Positions 1-9,800 of a stretch of 64,000 nt of DNA are shown here, in pieces. The stretch covers positions 12,345-76,344 of the forward strand of contig JAURWJ010000018.1 in NCBI GenBank assembly GCA_030655015.1. Reading direction: 5' to 3'. This stretch comes from Methylotenera sp. (GTDB lineage Bacteria > Pseudomonadota > Gammaproteobacteria > Burkholderiales > Methylophilaceae). The position numbers were made by a program, and so were the translations under genes. Each line of letters opens with the position of its first letter. Position 1 is the first letter of the stretch. A model generated the notes under the pieces. The model was not told the origin of the DNA. It worked only from the letters and a program-made list of their open reading frames with translations, and did no database searches.

Positions 1-8
1 CGTGCCAT
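1..8 (-). CDS. Probable start of a gene running off the left edge (partial)
   Basis: Minus strand reads AAGG-TTAACC-ATG GCA CG (RBS-like AAGG plus ATG), divergent from dgkA. Confidence 0.35.
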
Positions 9-163
9 GGTTAACCTTTAATTTAATCTGCGAGTTGTTACTCTAAAACGTTATGATAACGCATGTTAAAATTTAAAAGATAAACCTAGGAATTAAACTT
101 GGAAATTTAATCTAAAAATTTAATTCGGCACTACTCATTATTTAGTCATTATTTAGAAAGTCA

Positions 164-598
164 GTGATGCAAAGTTCTCAAAATGAATCACCAAACAGCT
201 CTCAATCTCCACCTGCCTCAAAGCATACCGGGGCGAGTCCCTTTAAAGGTAAAACGGGTATCCGTCGTTTAATTAACGCTTTCGGTTACTCAATCGAAGG
301 GTTTAAAGCGGCGTTTGTACATGAGGATGCTTTTCGACAAGAGGTGTTTTTGGCAGTGGTGCTGATTCCACTTGCGATTTATTTAGGCAATAGCCCCATT
401 GAGCAAGCGTTGATGATTGCCAGTGTGCTGTTGGTGTTGATTGTGGAATTATTGAACTCTGCAATTGAAGCTGCGGTGGATCATACTTCAACAGAGCACC
501 ATGCGCTGGCGAAGCAAGCCAAAGATATTGGAAGCTCAGCTGTGTTTATTGCATTGGTGATTGTGGCTGTGGTTTGGGGTTTTGTACTGCTGGGTTAG
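164..598 (+). CDS. dgkA: Diacylglycerol kinase (DgkA family); start may be ATG at 167
   Basis: Motifs AFGYSIEG, EDAFRQE, VELLNSAIEAAVD, AKDIGSSAVF; three TM helices. Confidence 0.93.
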   Translation: MMQSSQNESPNSSQSPPASKHTGASPFKGKTGIRRLINAFGYSIEGFKAAFVHEDAFRQEVFLAVVLIPLAIYLGNSPIEQALMIASVLLVLIVELLNSAIEAAVDHTSTEHHALAKQAKDIGSSAVFIALVIVAVVWGFVLLG

Positions 599-607
599 GT
601 TGTCATG

Positions 608-822
608 GTAGGCGCGCAATCAGAGAAAGCTGATAATCAGCATTCAGAATAAACTGATAAGTACTACTAAGCCCGCTTTGCTGGCAAGTATTACTAATAC
701 CCGGTAAACCGGCAAGTGCGGCTAAGCAATAAGGTCACCGGCCTGAAGGCTGGGGTTAGGCGCTCCTTCCGCCCCGAAGGGCGGGGTTTTAAACCAGCAA
801 GGAACTGGATAAATTGCGCACC
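608..822. repeat. GTAG-type REP-like palindrome split by an insertion
   Basis: GTAGGCGCGCA (608-618) and ATAAATTGCGCACC (809-822) rejoin into the hairpin GCGCAAT-AA-ATTGCGC once 619-808 is removed. Confidence 0.55.
619..808. mobile_element. Non-autonomous hairpin-rich element, probably HUH-transposase type (IS200/IS605-like)
   Basis: No ORF, TIR or TSD; subterminal hairpins CCGGCCTGAAGGCTGG and CCGCCCCGAAGGGCGGGG; followed by ATAA(A). Confidence 0.5.
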
Positions 823-838
823 TAACCAATACGGTTAG

Positions 839-2878
839 TTAAAAATCAGCCCGTAAACCTACCAGTACAGACCTTTCTCCTGCAGGTGAAATATCTTTCA
901 AAAATGACGCATGCTCGCGAATTTCTTGATTAAGCAGGTTGTTGGCCTTGGCAAAAAGCTCTAGATTGACCTTAGTCGGCAGTTTGTAGGTGACCAAGGC
1001 GCTTACATCGGTATAGCCATTCGTTGCCAGCTCATTGGGGGCCGTGCGGCTTTGATTAAAAGCATGTAATACATCGATGCGCGCACCTAAACTATTTTTT
1101 TGATAATGTAAGCCTGCACCCAAACGTAGCGGGGTAATGCGGGGAAGAGCCTCACGATTATCGCGGTTAGTTGCATGCACGTAATCACCTCGTAGCGTTA
1201 AGTATAAATTATCAACCAGGTTAAACTTACCTTCTGCTTCTAAGCCTTTGAAGGTGGCTGCAAAGGCTGTAAATTGGGCGATAGGTAAATCTGAGTCTAG
1301 GTCAACATCGCCTGTATCCAGCAAGCCTAAAAAGCTGCCAAAACGGGTGTAATAGGCGCCAACACTGAACGAGTTTCTGCCGTCTTTCCAGCGTATCTGC
1401 GCATCCAAGCCGTTAGAGCGCTCTTTATTAAAATTGGGGTTACCTACTTCATATTGCCCGGTGGCTAAATGTGCGCCATCGGCATACAGCTCAAAATAGC
1501 TAGGTGCGCGTTCGTTATGCGATAAATTGGTGGCAAATGACCAGTTGGGGTTAAGCGTGTAAAGTCCGCCAAGCGCATAGCTGTAAGCATTAAAGCTGCT
1601 ATTTTGTGCGGTGGATGATTTAGCCCAAGGACTGGCATCCAAAGTGGTATGTTCCGCACGACCTCCAAAACTCAGTTTGAATTTTTGCGGGTCAAATAAA
1701 TTCAGCGGCATTTCCTCATATACATATAAGGCTTTGCTTTGTGTATTTACAGGGCCCACAAAAGCTTCGTCACCTAACGCTTCAAAGCTGGTGTTTTGAA
1801 ACTGAAAGCCTAATATGCCTTCTAAATCTCCTATTTTTGCATGACCTGCCTCAAGACTACCTTCAACGCCACGGTTTTTAAACGTAGTGCCAACTTCGCC
1901 GTTCTCAAGTTCTTGATGTTGGTAGTCGGTATAAGCCATACGCACTTTAACGCGATTGACTATGCTGCCCAACTCATCAAATTCACTCGCAATATCCCAA
2001 CGGTCACTTTTCATATCAGCGCGTACTGTGGGTTCAGCTACGGTGCCGTAGTTGCTTCTAAATCCGGAGTATGACGTGCCTAAGTAACCGTTATCAAAAG
2101 TTAAAGAAGCGCCAATTGCGCCACCTTCGGCGTCTGCGCTGCTATTAATGAGTTTGCCTTTATTTTCACGGAGTGTGCCGTCAGTGCGACTTTTTCGGCT
2201 AGATACTGCATAACCCTTAATATCTAAATCGCTGGATTTGCGTGTATATGCATCACCATGAATGGCAATCCTACCATTACCAACATCGATGACGCCCGCT
2301 AAGTTGTTTTGGCTGTCTGCACCACCAATACGTGCCTCAGCGCGACCGATAACGCCTTCTACTTTCTCGGTAGGAATGCGGTGGTCGATTGCATTGACGA
2401 CTCCACCAACTGCGCTGCCGCCATAGAGTAAGGCGGCAGGACCACGCACGACATCGATTTGCTCGATAACCAGCGGGTCAATGGTGACCGCATGGTCAAA
2501 ACTTAAAGAAGAAGCATCTAAAACACCGATACCATTTTGCATAATGCGTACCCGTTCAGCATCTAACCCGCGGATGATGGGGCGTGAAGAGTTAGGGCCG
2601 AAGTGTGTAGCAGAAACACCAGGAATACCGTTAAGTGTATCGCCCAGTGTGCTTTCACGTTTAAGTGATAATTCACGGCCGCTTAACACTGAAACTGGCA
2701 CGACAAGCTCATCAGAGCCAACACCTAGTGGGTTGCCAGTGACGGCCACGGAGGGTAAATCTATTGCCGTATTGGGTTCTTGGGCAAGTGCGTGATTGGC
2801 AAACGATGTTGCCAAAATGATTAACATAGGTTTAAGCGCAAACGCTTTAAGCATTTGCGGATTTTGGGCGTAATTCAT
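839..2878 (-). CDS. TonB-dependent outer-membrane receptor, ZnuD-like metal transporter
   Basis: Plug motifs TLGDTL..IPGV, RPIIRGLDAERVRI, IDVVRGPAALLYG; C-terminal ..GLRADF; ATG at 2878 with GAGG RBS. Confidence 0.88.
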   Translation of the reverse strand: MNYAQNPQMLKAFALKPMLIILATSFANHALAQEPNTAIDLPSVAVTGNPLGVGSDELVVPVSVLSGRELSLKRESTLGDTLNGIPGVSATHFGPNSSRPIIRGLDAERVRIMQNGIGVLDASSLSFDHAVTIDPLVIEQIDVVRGPAALLYGGSAVGGVVNAIDHRIPTEKVEGVIGRAEARIGGADSQNNLAGVIDVGNGRIAIHGDAYTRKSSDLDIKGYAVSSRKSRTDGTLRENKGKLINSSADAEGGAIGASLTFDNGYLGTSYSGFRSNYGTVAEPTVRADMKSDRWDIASEFDELGSIVNRVKVRMAYTDYQHQELENGEVGTTFKNRGVEGSLEAGHAKIGDLEGILGFQFQNTSFEALGDEAFVGPVNTQSKALYVYEEMPLNLFDPQKFKLSFGGRAEHTTLDASPWAKSSTAQNSSFNAYSYALGGLYTLNPNWSFATNLSHNERAPSYFELYADGAHLATGQYEVGNPNFNKERSNGLDAQIRWKDGRNSFSVGAYYTRFGSFLGLLDTGDVDLDSDLPIAQFTAFAATFKGLEAEGKFNLVDNLYLTLRGDYVHATNRDNREALPRITPLRLGAGLHYQKNSLGARIDVLHAFNQSRTAPNELATNGYTDVSALVTYKLPTKVNLELFAKANNLLNQEIREHASFLKDISPAGERSVLVGLRADF

Positions 2879-2909
2879 GGGAGTGACCTCAAAAAATAAA
2901 AGCAAATAA

Positions 2910-2937
2910 CCAGCAAAACTTTTACAAAAGTTGCTGG
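2910..2937 (-). terminator. Hairpin plus U-rich tract between the leader ORF and the TonB receptor (possible attenuator)
   Basis: Minus strand CCAGCAACTTTT-GT-AAAAGTTTTGCTGG followed by TTATTTGCTTTTATTTTTT. Confidence 0.45.
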
Positions 2938-2947
2938 AATAGAGAGA

Positions 2948-3277
2948 TTAGATGCTTAGTTTTCGAGGTGGTCCGCGAGCAGTGTAGGCGGTGGTTGGGT
3001 AAGACTGAATGCTAAAGTAATCATTGGTTATTTGTGTTGAGCCTGCAGTGATTACGGGCACCACAAAAGCAGATAATTGCAGTCCAGTTGCTACTTTAGC
3101 ATAGCTGATACATTGTTCACATTGCTCGGTAGCAGTGTGCTTGGATTGCGTATTTTTGTCTTGCTGATTATGTTTGGCGTTATTGGTTAAGTGGCTGATT
3201 TCATGCGTAGCAACACCCATTTGCGTGAAAGCAAATAAAAAAACTAAGGCGATATGAATGGTTTACCGTTGCAGCAT
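2948..3277 (-). pseudogene. DUF2946/CruR-like leader protein (hydrophobic N-terminus, His-rich, CxxC, RGPP) with an in-frame TAA at codon 5
   Basis: ATG 3277 reads MLQR*TIHIALVFLFAFTQ in frame with the 90-aa ORF (HEISH, CEQC, ARGPP); directly upstream of a TonB receptor. Confidence 0.7.
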
Positions 3278-3324
3278 GGGTTTGTTTTTAACAGTTTTTG
3301 ATGGTGTGATTTTTGAATTTAAAT

Positions 3325-3352
3325 AAAAAATGGCCGCATACGCGGCCATTTT
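3325..3352 (-). terminator. Intrinsic terminator, possibly the original sodB terminator
   Basis: AAAAAATGGCCGC-ATAC-GCGGCCATTTT; 6-U tract on the minus strand. Confidence 0.75.
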
Positions 3353-3395
3353 CGTCAATGCTAGCTGGCATATTTCATAAGAATAAATACGTAAC

Positions 3396-3542
3396 TGACC
3401 TGCCCCCAATAACACTACCAACAGATTCTGAAAAAAGTCCGTTTAAAAATCATTTAACCTGCCTTAGCTTTTGCGCGTAGATTGCAGGTGGAATTCGCCC
3501 ACAACTACTATGCGGTCTAACTTCGTTATAATCCTTGCGCCA
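3396..3542 (-). mobile_element. IS3-family (IS407-group-like) remnant: OrfB C-terminus plus terminal IR
   Basis: Minus strand 3542-3450 translates WRKDYNEVRPHSSCGRIPPAIYAQKLRQVK*; end sequence ...TTGGGGGCAGGTCA at 3396. Confidence 0.85.
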
Positions 3543-3600
3543 AGGTCGAGTTATCCAAAATAAGAACTGAGCAGACCATGAAATTAGAATCATTAATATC

Positions 3601-4587
3601 CTATCGCCTTAGACTTCCTGGTGTATAACCAAACTCTCGTTTAAACGCCGTAATAAAATGATTGACATGAGAGTAACCTAAACGAGTTGCCAAAGTTTTA
3701 AGTGGGATAGTGGTTTCTTGGATAGTGGAATGCGCTTCTTCTAGGCGTTTTTTGGACATAAAACGATGAATGGTCAGGCCGAATTCTTTACAGAATTCCT
3801 GATTTAATGTCTGGGCAGACATACAGGCCCACTCTGCAAGTTCAGCAATGCTCGGCAATTTTCCTTCCAGATGACTTAACAAGTCATTAATCTCATGGAT
3901 CGTCGATACCCGTTTCTGTTCATGGTGTAGCAGGCCATTTTGCTGTTCGATGTACTCGATCAACTTACATAAATATTCCAGAACCTTAGCCTGAGAATAA
4001 AGTTGCTTCATCCTGCCTTTGAGATGGGGCGATATTGCAGATTTCAGGATATTGGTGATTCGAAGCGGAACCGGATGGGAAGCTACCGACGGGGCATCGG
4101 AAATATCCAGTGCTGACAAAAGATATTCTGTGTGCTGCTCGCCGATGAGCAGCTTAAGAGAACTGGTCGGCAAAGTGACAAAGGTTAGATCCATTGGCTG
4201 GGTCGTGGACTGTATCGAGTCGAATTGAAAACGATTTGCATGGCGAAAAAGTGTCAAATTTCCACCGAGCTTAACAGTACATTCTGGCAGATATTCCTCT
4301 TGCGTAATCTGACTGCCGAATGCAGTCCCGATCATAAACGTATCACTCTCATACTCACCAGAAAAATTGCCTTTATTAAATTTTTCGCCCTGAAAATTAG
4401 GATCGTACTCATGGCGCGCGCAGTAAATACTAATATTATGGGATGTTTTCAGCATGTTGGCATAGGCAACGCCAGCATCAGGTGGTAACTGATAAGTTAA
4501 GTATTCATCCTCAACATCTGCGTCTAATGAATAAGCTCCATCGGCAGTTAACCAATTCATATTTAATTTAAGAAAATGCTCTTTCAT
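3601..4587 (-). CDS. AraC-family transcriptional regulator (PchR/YbtA-like architecture)
   Basis: C-terminal double HTH: PSIAELAEWACMS...LGYSHVNHFITAFKREFGYTPGSLR. Confidence 0.92.
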   Translation of the reverse strand: MKEHFLKLNMNWLTADGAYSLDADVEDEYLTYQLPPDAGVAYANMLKTSHNISIYCARHEYDPNFQGEKFNKGNFSGEYESDTFMIGTAFGSQITQEEYLPECTVKLGGNLTLFRHANRFQFDSIQSTTQPMDLTFVTLPTSSLKLLIGEQHTEYLLSALDISDAPSVASHPVPLRITNILKSAISPHLKGRMKQLYSQAKVLEYLCKLIEYIEQQNGLLHHEQKRVSTIHEINDLLSHLEGKLPSIAELAEWACMSAQTLNQEFCKEFGLTIHRFMSKKRLEEAHSTIQETTIPLKTLATRLGYSHVNHFITAFKREFGYTPGSLRR

Positions 4588-4850
4588 CTTTCATCTTTCT
4601 ACTTAATTACTAACAGTTAAGCCATAAGGACTAAATAAGGATTAAGAGTTCTCACCTTAAATGATAAAGAAAGCGCCGTGTTAAGCAATGACAGTATTGA
4701 GAACATCATTTTTTCAGGCTATCAATAAAAATTTAGGGAATGTCCAGAATGGCTCGGCTGATATTGATGCCAACGGCCTCATTATCCACTCTATTCATTG
4801 AATAATGATTTTAACAGTTATTTCAAAAACAAGACTTCTATCGACATTAT

Positions 4851-4955
4851 TCGTAGATTTAAATTCACATTCGTAGAATTTAAACCTGAGCCGTAGAAAA
4901 GCTATTCAAGTCGTAGTTTTTTTGTCTGGCAAGCCCTCTTTGGCGAAGCGATAAT
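4851..4955 (+). promoter_or_regulatory. Four YCGTAG direct repeats at 20-bp spacing, then a candidate sigma70 promoter for tpsB-tpsA
   Basis: TCGTAG 4851, TCGTAG 4871, CCGTAG 4891, TCGTAG 4911; TGGCAA(4927)-17 nt-GATAAT(4950). Confidence 0.65.
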
Positions 4956-5038
4956 AAATAGCAGATTTAATCACTATATACGTTGGGGTTAATTTCCTCG
5001 TTCCGTTATTAATAGAACAAATATTTAAAGACATAATC

Positions 5039-6817
5039 ATGAATCGCTATGAGCCTGCCACAAAAATTATCTGTACCAGTCTATTTCTTAGTTCAACTTT
5101 TATAGCTGGATTATTGGTTTCTCCCACGGTTTTATCACAAACACCTGACGCCGGCTCCATCCTGCTTCAGCAAGAGCAACTGCAACCGTCATTCCCCCAG
5201 CAGCTTCCAAATGGCGATGCAGATGAAACCGTAAAACCTGCGATGAAGGCTGATTCAGGTGTCAAAGTGAGGGTAAAAGCGATTCATTTCACTGGTGCTA
5301 CGGACTTAGTACCAAACGCTGAATTGACCATCATCATCGCCCCTGCCCTTGACCAATCTTTAGACTTTAATACACTCCAAGCCTTGACTGAAAAAGTGAC
5401 GCAACACCTAAGACAGTCAGGCTGGTTACTGGCAAGAGCCTACCTGCCCAAACAAGATGTGACCGAAGGTATTATCGAAATCGCTATTCTCAAGGGTCGT
5501 CTTGATGGCAGCCAAAGTGAAGGTGGTGGCTGGATAATGAACCTATCCGAAAACAGCCGAATTCATGCTGAAACCCTTATCAACATTGCTGAATATTGGG
5601 CGCCTTCAGGCAGCTCACCCAAAGAAAAACAACTTGAACGTGCTTTATTGCTGATGAATGATTTGCCTGGTATCTCAGCGAGATCTAGATTCGCCGCTGG
5701 CTCACAAACAGGAACCACTCAAATTACCGTTGATGTGAATGAAGGCCCTTTAGTTACGGGCAATGCGTGGGTCAATAACTTTGGCAATGATGCTACAGGA
5801 ACTAATCAAGCCAATGCTGTCGTTAATGTGAACGACCCCCTTGGCTATGGCGAGCACGCGAGTGTCTATGCCACCAAAAGTAAAGGGTTAAGTCTAGCTA
5901 GAATAGGCTTTGATGTTCCGCTAAATTCAAATGGACTCAACGGCTCAATTGCGTATACAGACATGCATTATGACGTCATTACAGGTGCTGGCAAAACAGC
6001 TGATCTCAATGGTGACGCACGCATTGTCACTAGTTTAATTAGTTATCCATTTATTCGTTCACGGTTATTGAATTTGTATGGAGACCTTAGTTACAACCAT
6101 AAAACAATAGTCGATGATAGTAGCTCGGGTAAATTAACTGACAAACGAATTAACGTTTTCACCCTATCACTCAAAGGTGACGGTATAGACAAATGGGGTG
6201 GTGATGGTATCAATAGCTATAGTATTGCCGTGACATCGGGCGATTTAGACTTATCTGGTTTAGCATCAAACCAAGCAACTGATGCCGCGACCCTTAATAC
6301 CGATGGACATTACAACAAACTCAATTTGAGCTTGTCTCGCTTGCAACGTTTACCGAGTAACTTTACTTTACTAGGCAGCTTCTCATCACAAGTGGCCAGT
6401 AACAACCTTGACTCCTCCGAAAAATTTGTCTTAGGCGGCCCCACTGGTGTTCGTGCTTATCCTGTATCTGAAGGCCTGGGTGATGAAGGTTGGTTAGGTA
6501 GTGCGGAGTTACGCTATGACTTGCCACAACAAACCCCGCTCGGCAGACTGCAACTCAGCAGTTTTGTTGACACAGGCCATATCCGCACTCATAACACTCC
6601 TGGTAGCGTCAGTATCCCCACGGCTACTGGTAAAAACAGCTACCAGCTTAGCGGTGTCGGTATTGGTGTCAATATTACTGAATCTGGCAGTCATAGCATT
6701 AAAGTCGGTTGGGCACATACGCTTGGCAGTAATGATGGTAGAAGCAGTTTGGGCAAGCATTCTGATGGCACTACAGATAAAAGTCGTTTCTGGTTGCAAG
6801 GAATAGTCTGGTTCTAA
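5039..6817 (+). CDS. TpsB transporter (ShlB/FhaC/HecB family)
   Basis: Signal peptide, POTRA motifs (GWLLARAYLPKQD, LERALLLMNDLPG), LGGPTGVRAY loop, C-terminal WF. Confidence 0.93.
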   Translation: MNRYEPATKIICTSLFLSSTFIAGLLVSPTVLSQTPDAGSILLQQEQLQPSFPQQLPNGDADETVKPAMKADSGVKVRVKAIHFTGATDLVPNAELTIIIAPALDQSLDFNTLQALTEKVTQHLRQSGWLLARAYLPKQDVTEGIIEIAILKGRLDGSQSEGGGWIMNLSENSRIHAETLINIAEYWAPSGSSPKEKQLERALLLMNDLPGISARSRFAAGSQTGTTQITVDVNEGPLVTGNAWVNNFGNDATGTNQANAVVNVNDPLGYGEHASVYATKSKGLSLARIGFDVPLNSNGLNGSIAYTDMHYDVITGAGKTADLNGDARIVTSLISYPFIRSRLLNLYGDLSYNHKTIVDDSSSGKLTDKRINVFTLSLKGDGIDKWGGDGINSYSIAVTSGDLDLSGLASNQATDAATLNTDGHYNKLNLSLSRLQRLPSNFTLLGSFSSQVASNNLDSSEKFVLGGPTGVRAYPVSEGLGDEGWLGSAELRYDLPQQTPLGRLQLSSFVDTGHIRTHNTPGSVSIPTATGKNSYQLSGVGIGVNITESGSHSIKVGWAHTLGSNDGRSSLGKHSDGTTDKSRFWLQGIVWF

Positions 6818-6865
6818 GGCGAGTTGGTAAGGCTGTAGAACAGAACAAGAGATAAGGAAAAAATC

Positions 6866-9800
6866 ATGAATAGAATTTACCGATTACTATGGAGTCGTTC
6901 TAGAGGTGCGTGGGTGGTGGCTAGTGAGTGTGCGAAGCGCACCGGTAAATCGAGCACCGTAGGTCAAGCTAAAACCTTAGCTGCCATTGCAGCGAGTAGC
7001 CTTATTGGGATGAGCGGAATGGCGTTAGCCGATCCGGCCGTTAACGCCCTGCCAACGGGCGGGCAGATAACGGCTGGTAGTGGCGCTATTAGCAGTGCTG
7101 GCAACGCCATGACCGTACAACAAAACACCCAGAAAATGATAGCTAACTGGCAAAGTTTTGATATTGGAGCAAATGCCAGTGTAACCTTCAAGCAACCCAA
7201 TAGCAGCAGTATTGCACTCAACCGAATTGCCGGCCAAAATCCTAGCCAAATCATGGGCCAACTGAATGCCAATGGTCGGGTTATGCTGGTCAATCCGTCT
7301 GGTATCGTCTTTGGTCAAGGCAGTCAAATCAATGTTGGTGGCATCACCGCCACCACCCTCAACATCTCCGATGCCGACTTCCTTGCCGGCAACTATCACT
7401 TCGCCGACAGCACCAACACCGCCGCCATCGAAAACCTCGGCCATATCCTTGCCAACGGCGGCGTGGTCGCTCTGGTTGCGCCCATCGTCAGGAACGAAGG
7501 CGCGATTGATACCCCCAACGGTAGCACCGCATTGGTGGCTGGCAACGACGTCACGCTGGACTTCAGCGGCGATGGTTTGGTGAGCGTTACCGTCAGCCAG
7601 AGCCAGCTCAACAACCTGGTAGAAAACAAAGGCGCGATCCGTGCCGACGAAGGCTTGGTGATCCTCACCGCTGGCGCTGCCAGTGATGTACTTTCTGGTA
7701 TTGTTAATAACAGCGGCATCGTCGAGGCCAAAGGTCTCACCCAACGAGGTGGGCGCATTGTGCTGGGTGGCGGCGAAGTCACTAATACCGGCATATTGAA
7801 TACCAGCAGCAGTGCACACAATGGTGGCGACATCGCCATTGACGGCCGCTTTGTTGCACTTGGTGGTGAGATTAACACCGATGGTGTTAGCGGCGGGAAC
7901 ATCACTGTTACCAGTCATGGCGACCTGTCGCTGGCCGATCAGGTGCACGCCAAGGGCATCACAGGTGACGGCGGTACGGTCAGCTACAGCGCCGCTGGTA
8001 GAATCATCGAAAACAATGGCAGTGTGACGGACGCTTCAGGCCAGCAAAACGGTGGTGCAATCACCCTTGAAGGTGGGCGCGTGTTCAGCTCTGGCAGTTA
8101 CAGCGCAACTGGCGCCACGGGGCACGGTGGTCGTATCGACATGACTGCCGGGCAGGATATCAATCTGCTCTCTGCACATCTTGACGCTTCAGGCAAGACA
8201 GAAGGTGGTCTGATTCGTGTCGGTGGTGCATTTCAGGGGGGTAAAACGGTTGCACAAGGTGGTTCAGCACCCAACACGCCAGAACATGAACGATTTGTTG
8301 ATCGTTGGGCTACCTTGCCGGGAATTCGCAATGCCCAGAAAACCATGGTAAACGACAGTAGCACGCTCAATGTATCGGCCAGCAACGGCGATGGCGGTAC
8401 AGCTATTGTCTGGTCTGACATTCAAACCACCATGGTCGGCAGTATTAATGCAACAGGAACAAGTAAGGGCGGCGCGGTAGAAATCTCTTCGGCCAATGAA
8501 CTACGCCATGCCTCTTTGTCGAACGTGTCCATTGGTGCGGGCGGGCAACTACTGCTCGACCCAAAAAACATCACCATCGGAGATGCGGCAACAGCCACCT
8601 CATGGACCTACGCGGCTATCTTGGGGTTGGGATATACCCCTGGAGATGGCTTGGCCGCGGGTGATCAGAATGGTATGTCGGTGGCATTGAATGAACTAGG
8701 CGATCTGCTGGCCATTGGCTCGCAATATGATGACGGAGCGGGCAATAGCCAGACAGATAGCGGCGCGGTCTATCTGTTCAGCTTCGGTGACGGTAGCTTC
8801 ACTGGTGCAACCTTGCAAAGCACAATTGGTAACGGCTACAGCGGTGGCAAAAATGTCAACTTAGCGCTGGATGCAGGAGATGGATTTGGTAGAGGTGTCT
8901 CTCTCAATGCAGCCGGCGACAGGTTGGCGGTAGGGGCACGTGGAGATGATGGGGCTGCTAATAATCTTAGCGATAGCGGTGCGGTCTACTTGTTCAGTTT
9001 TAGCGACGGTAGTTTTTCTGGCGGTGTTCGGACAGCGACGATTGGTAATGGATATACGGGCGGAAACAATATCAACACCAGTGCTGGCGCTTCTAGTTAC
9101 TTTGGCTACGATGTTGCATTGAATGGCGTGGGCGACCGGCTCGCGGTAGGAGCCTACGGCCAGGACACCAAATCGGGCAGAGTCCACCTGTACACATTTA
9201 ACAGCAGTGCTGGTGTTACCGACTTTTCGGGTGGCGTATTAGCTGGGAGTATTGGTCGTGGCCTGACGGGAGGCAAAAATGTCACGATGACAGGCATCCT
9301 TGACGATAACGACGAGTTTGGTCAAGGCGTTTCCCTGAATGCAGCTGGTGACCGCTTGGCCGTTGGTGCACACTACGATGATGTGGGGGGGGATGTCAAT
9401 AACGGAGCGGTTTACCTATTTACTTTCACTGACACCAGTTTTACGGGTGGTCAATTGGCCGCAAAGATTGGTAAAGGTTTCTCTGGCGGCAAAAATATAG
9501 ATTTGACTGGTGTGGTGGCGGCTGGCGATGAATTAGGCGAGTCCGTTTCACTCAATGCGGCAGGCGACCGTCTGGCGGTATCGGCGCACGGGGATGACGG
9601 TTTCAGCAATGGCGTGAATAATAGCGGTGCAGTCTATCTGTTCAGCTTCACCGATACCAGTTTCACGGGTGGAGCACTGGAAGCAATCCTGGGCAATGGC
9701 TACACTGGCGGCAAAAACGTCAATGTGTCGACGCTGGAGGCTAGTGACCAATTCGGTTACGGACTTGCGCTGAATGGCGTAGGTAATCGTTTGGCGGTAG

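Noticed and set aside
49-61. Palindrome CGTTAT-G-ATAACG as a Zur/Fur-type box
   Set aside because: Spacing does not match those consensus sites and the divergent gene is outside the window, so it cannot be assigned
4851-4920. Phased repeats as a mini-CRISPR array
   Set aside because: The repeat is only ~6 bp with 14-bp gaps and there are no cas genes; it fits an operator array better
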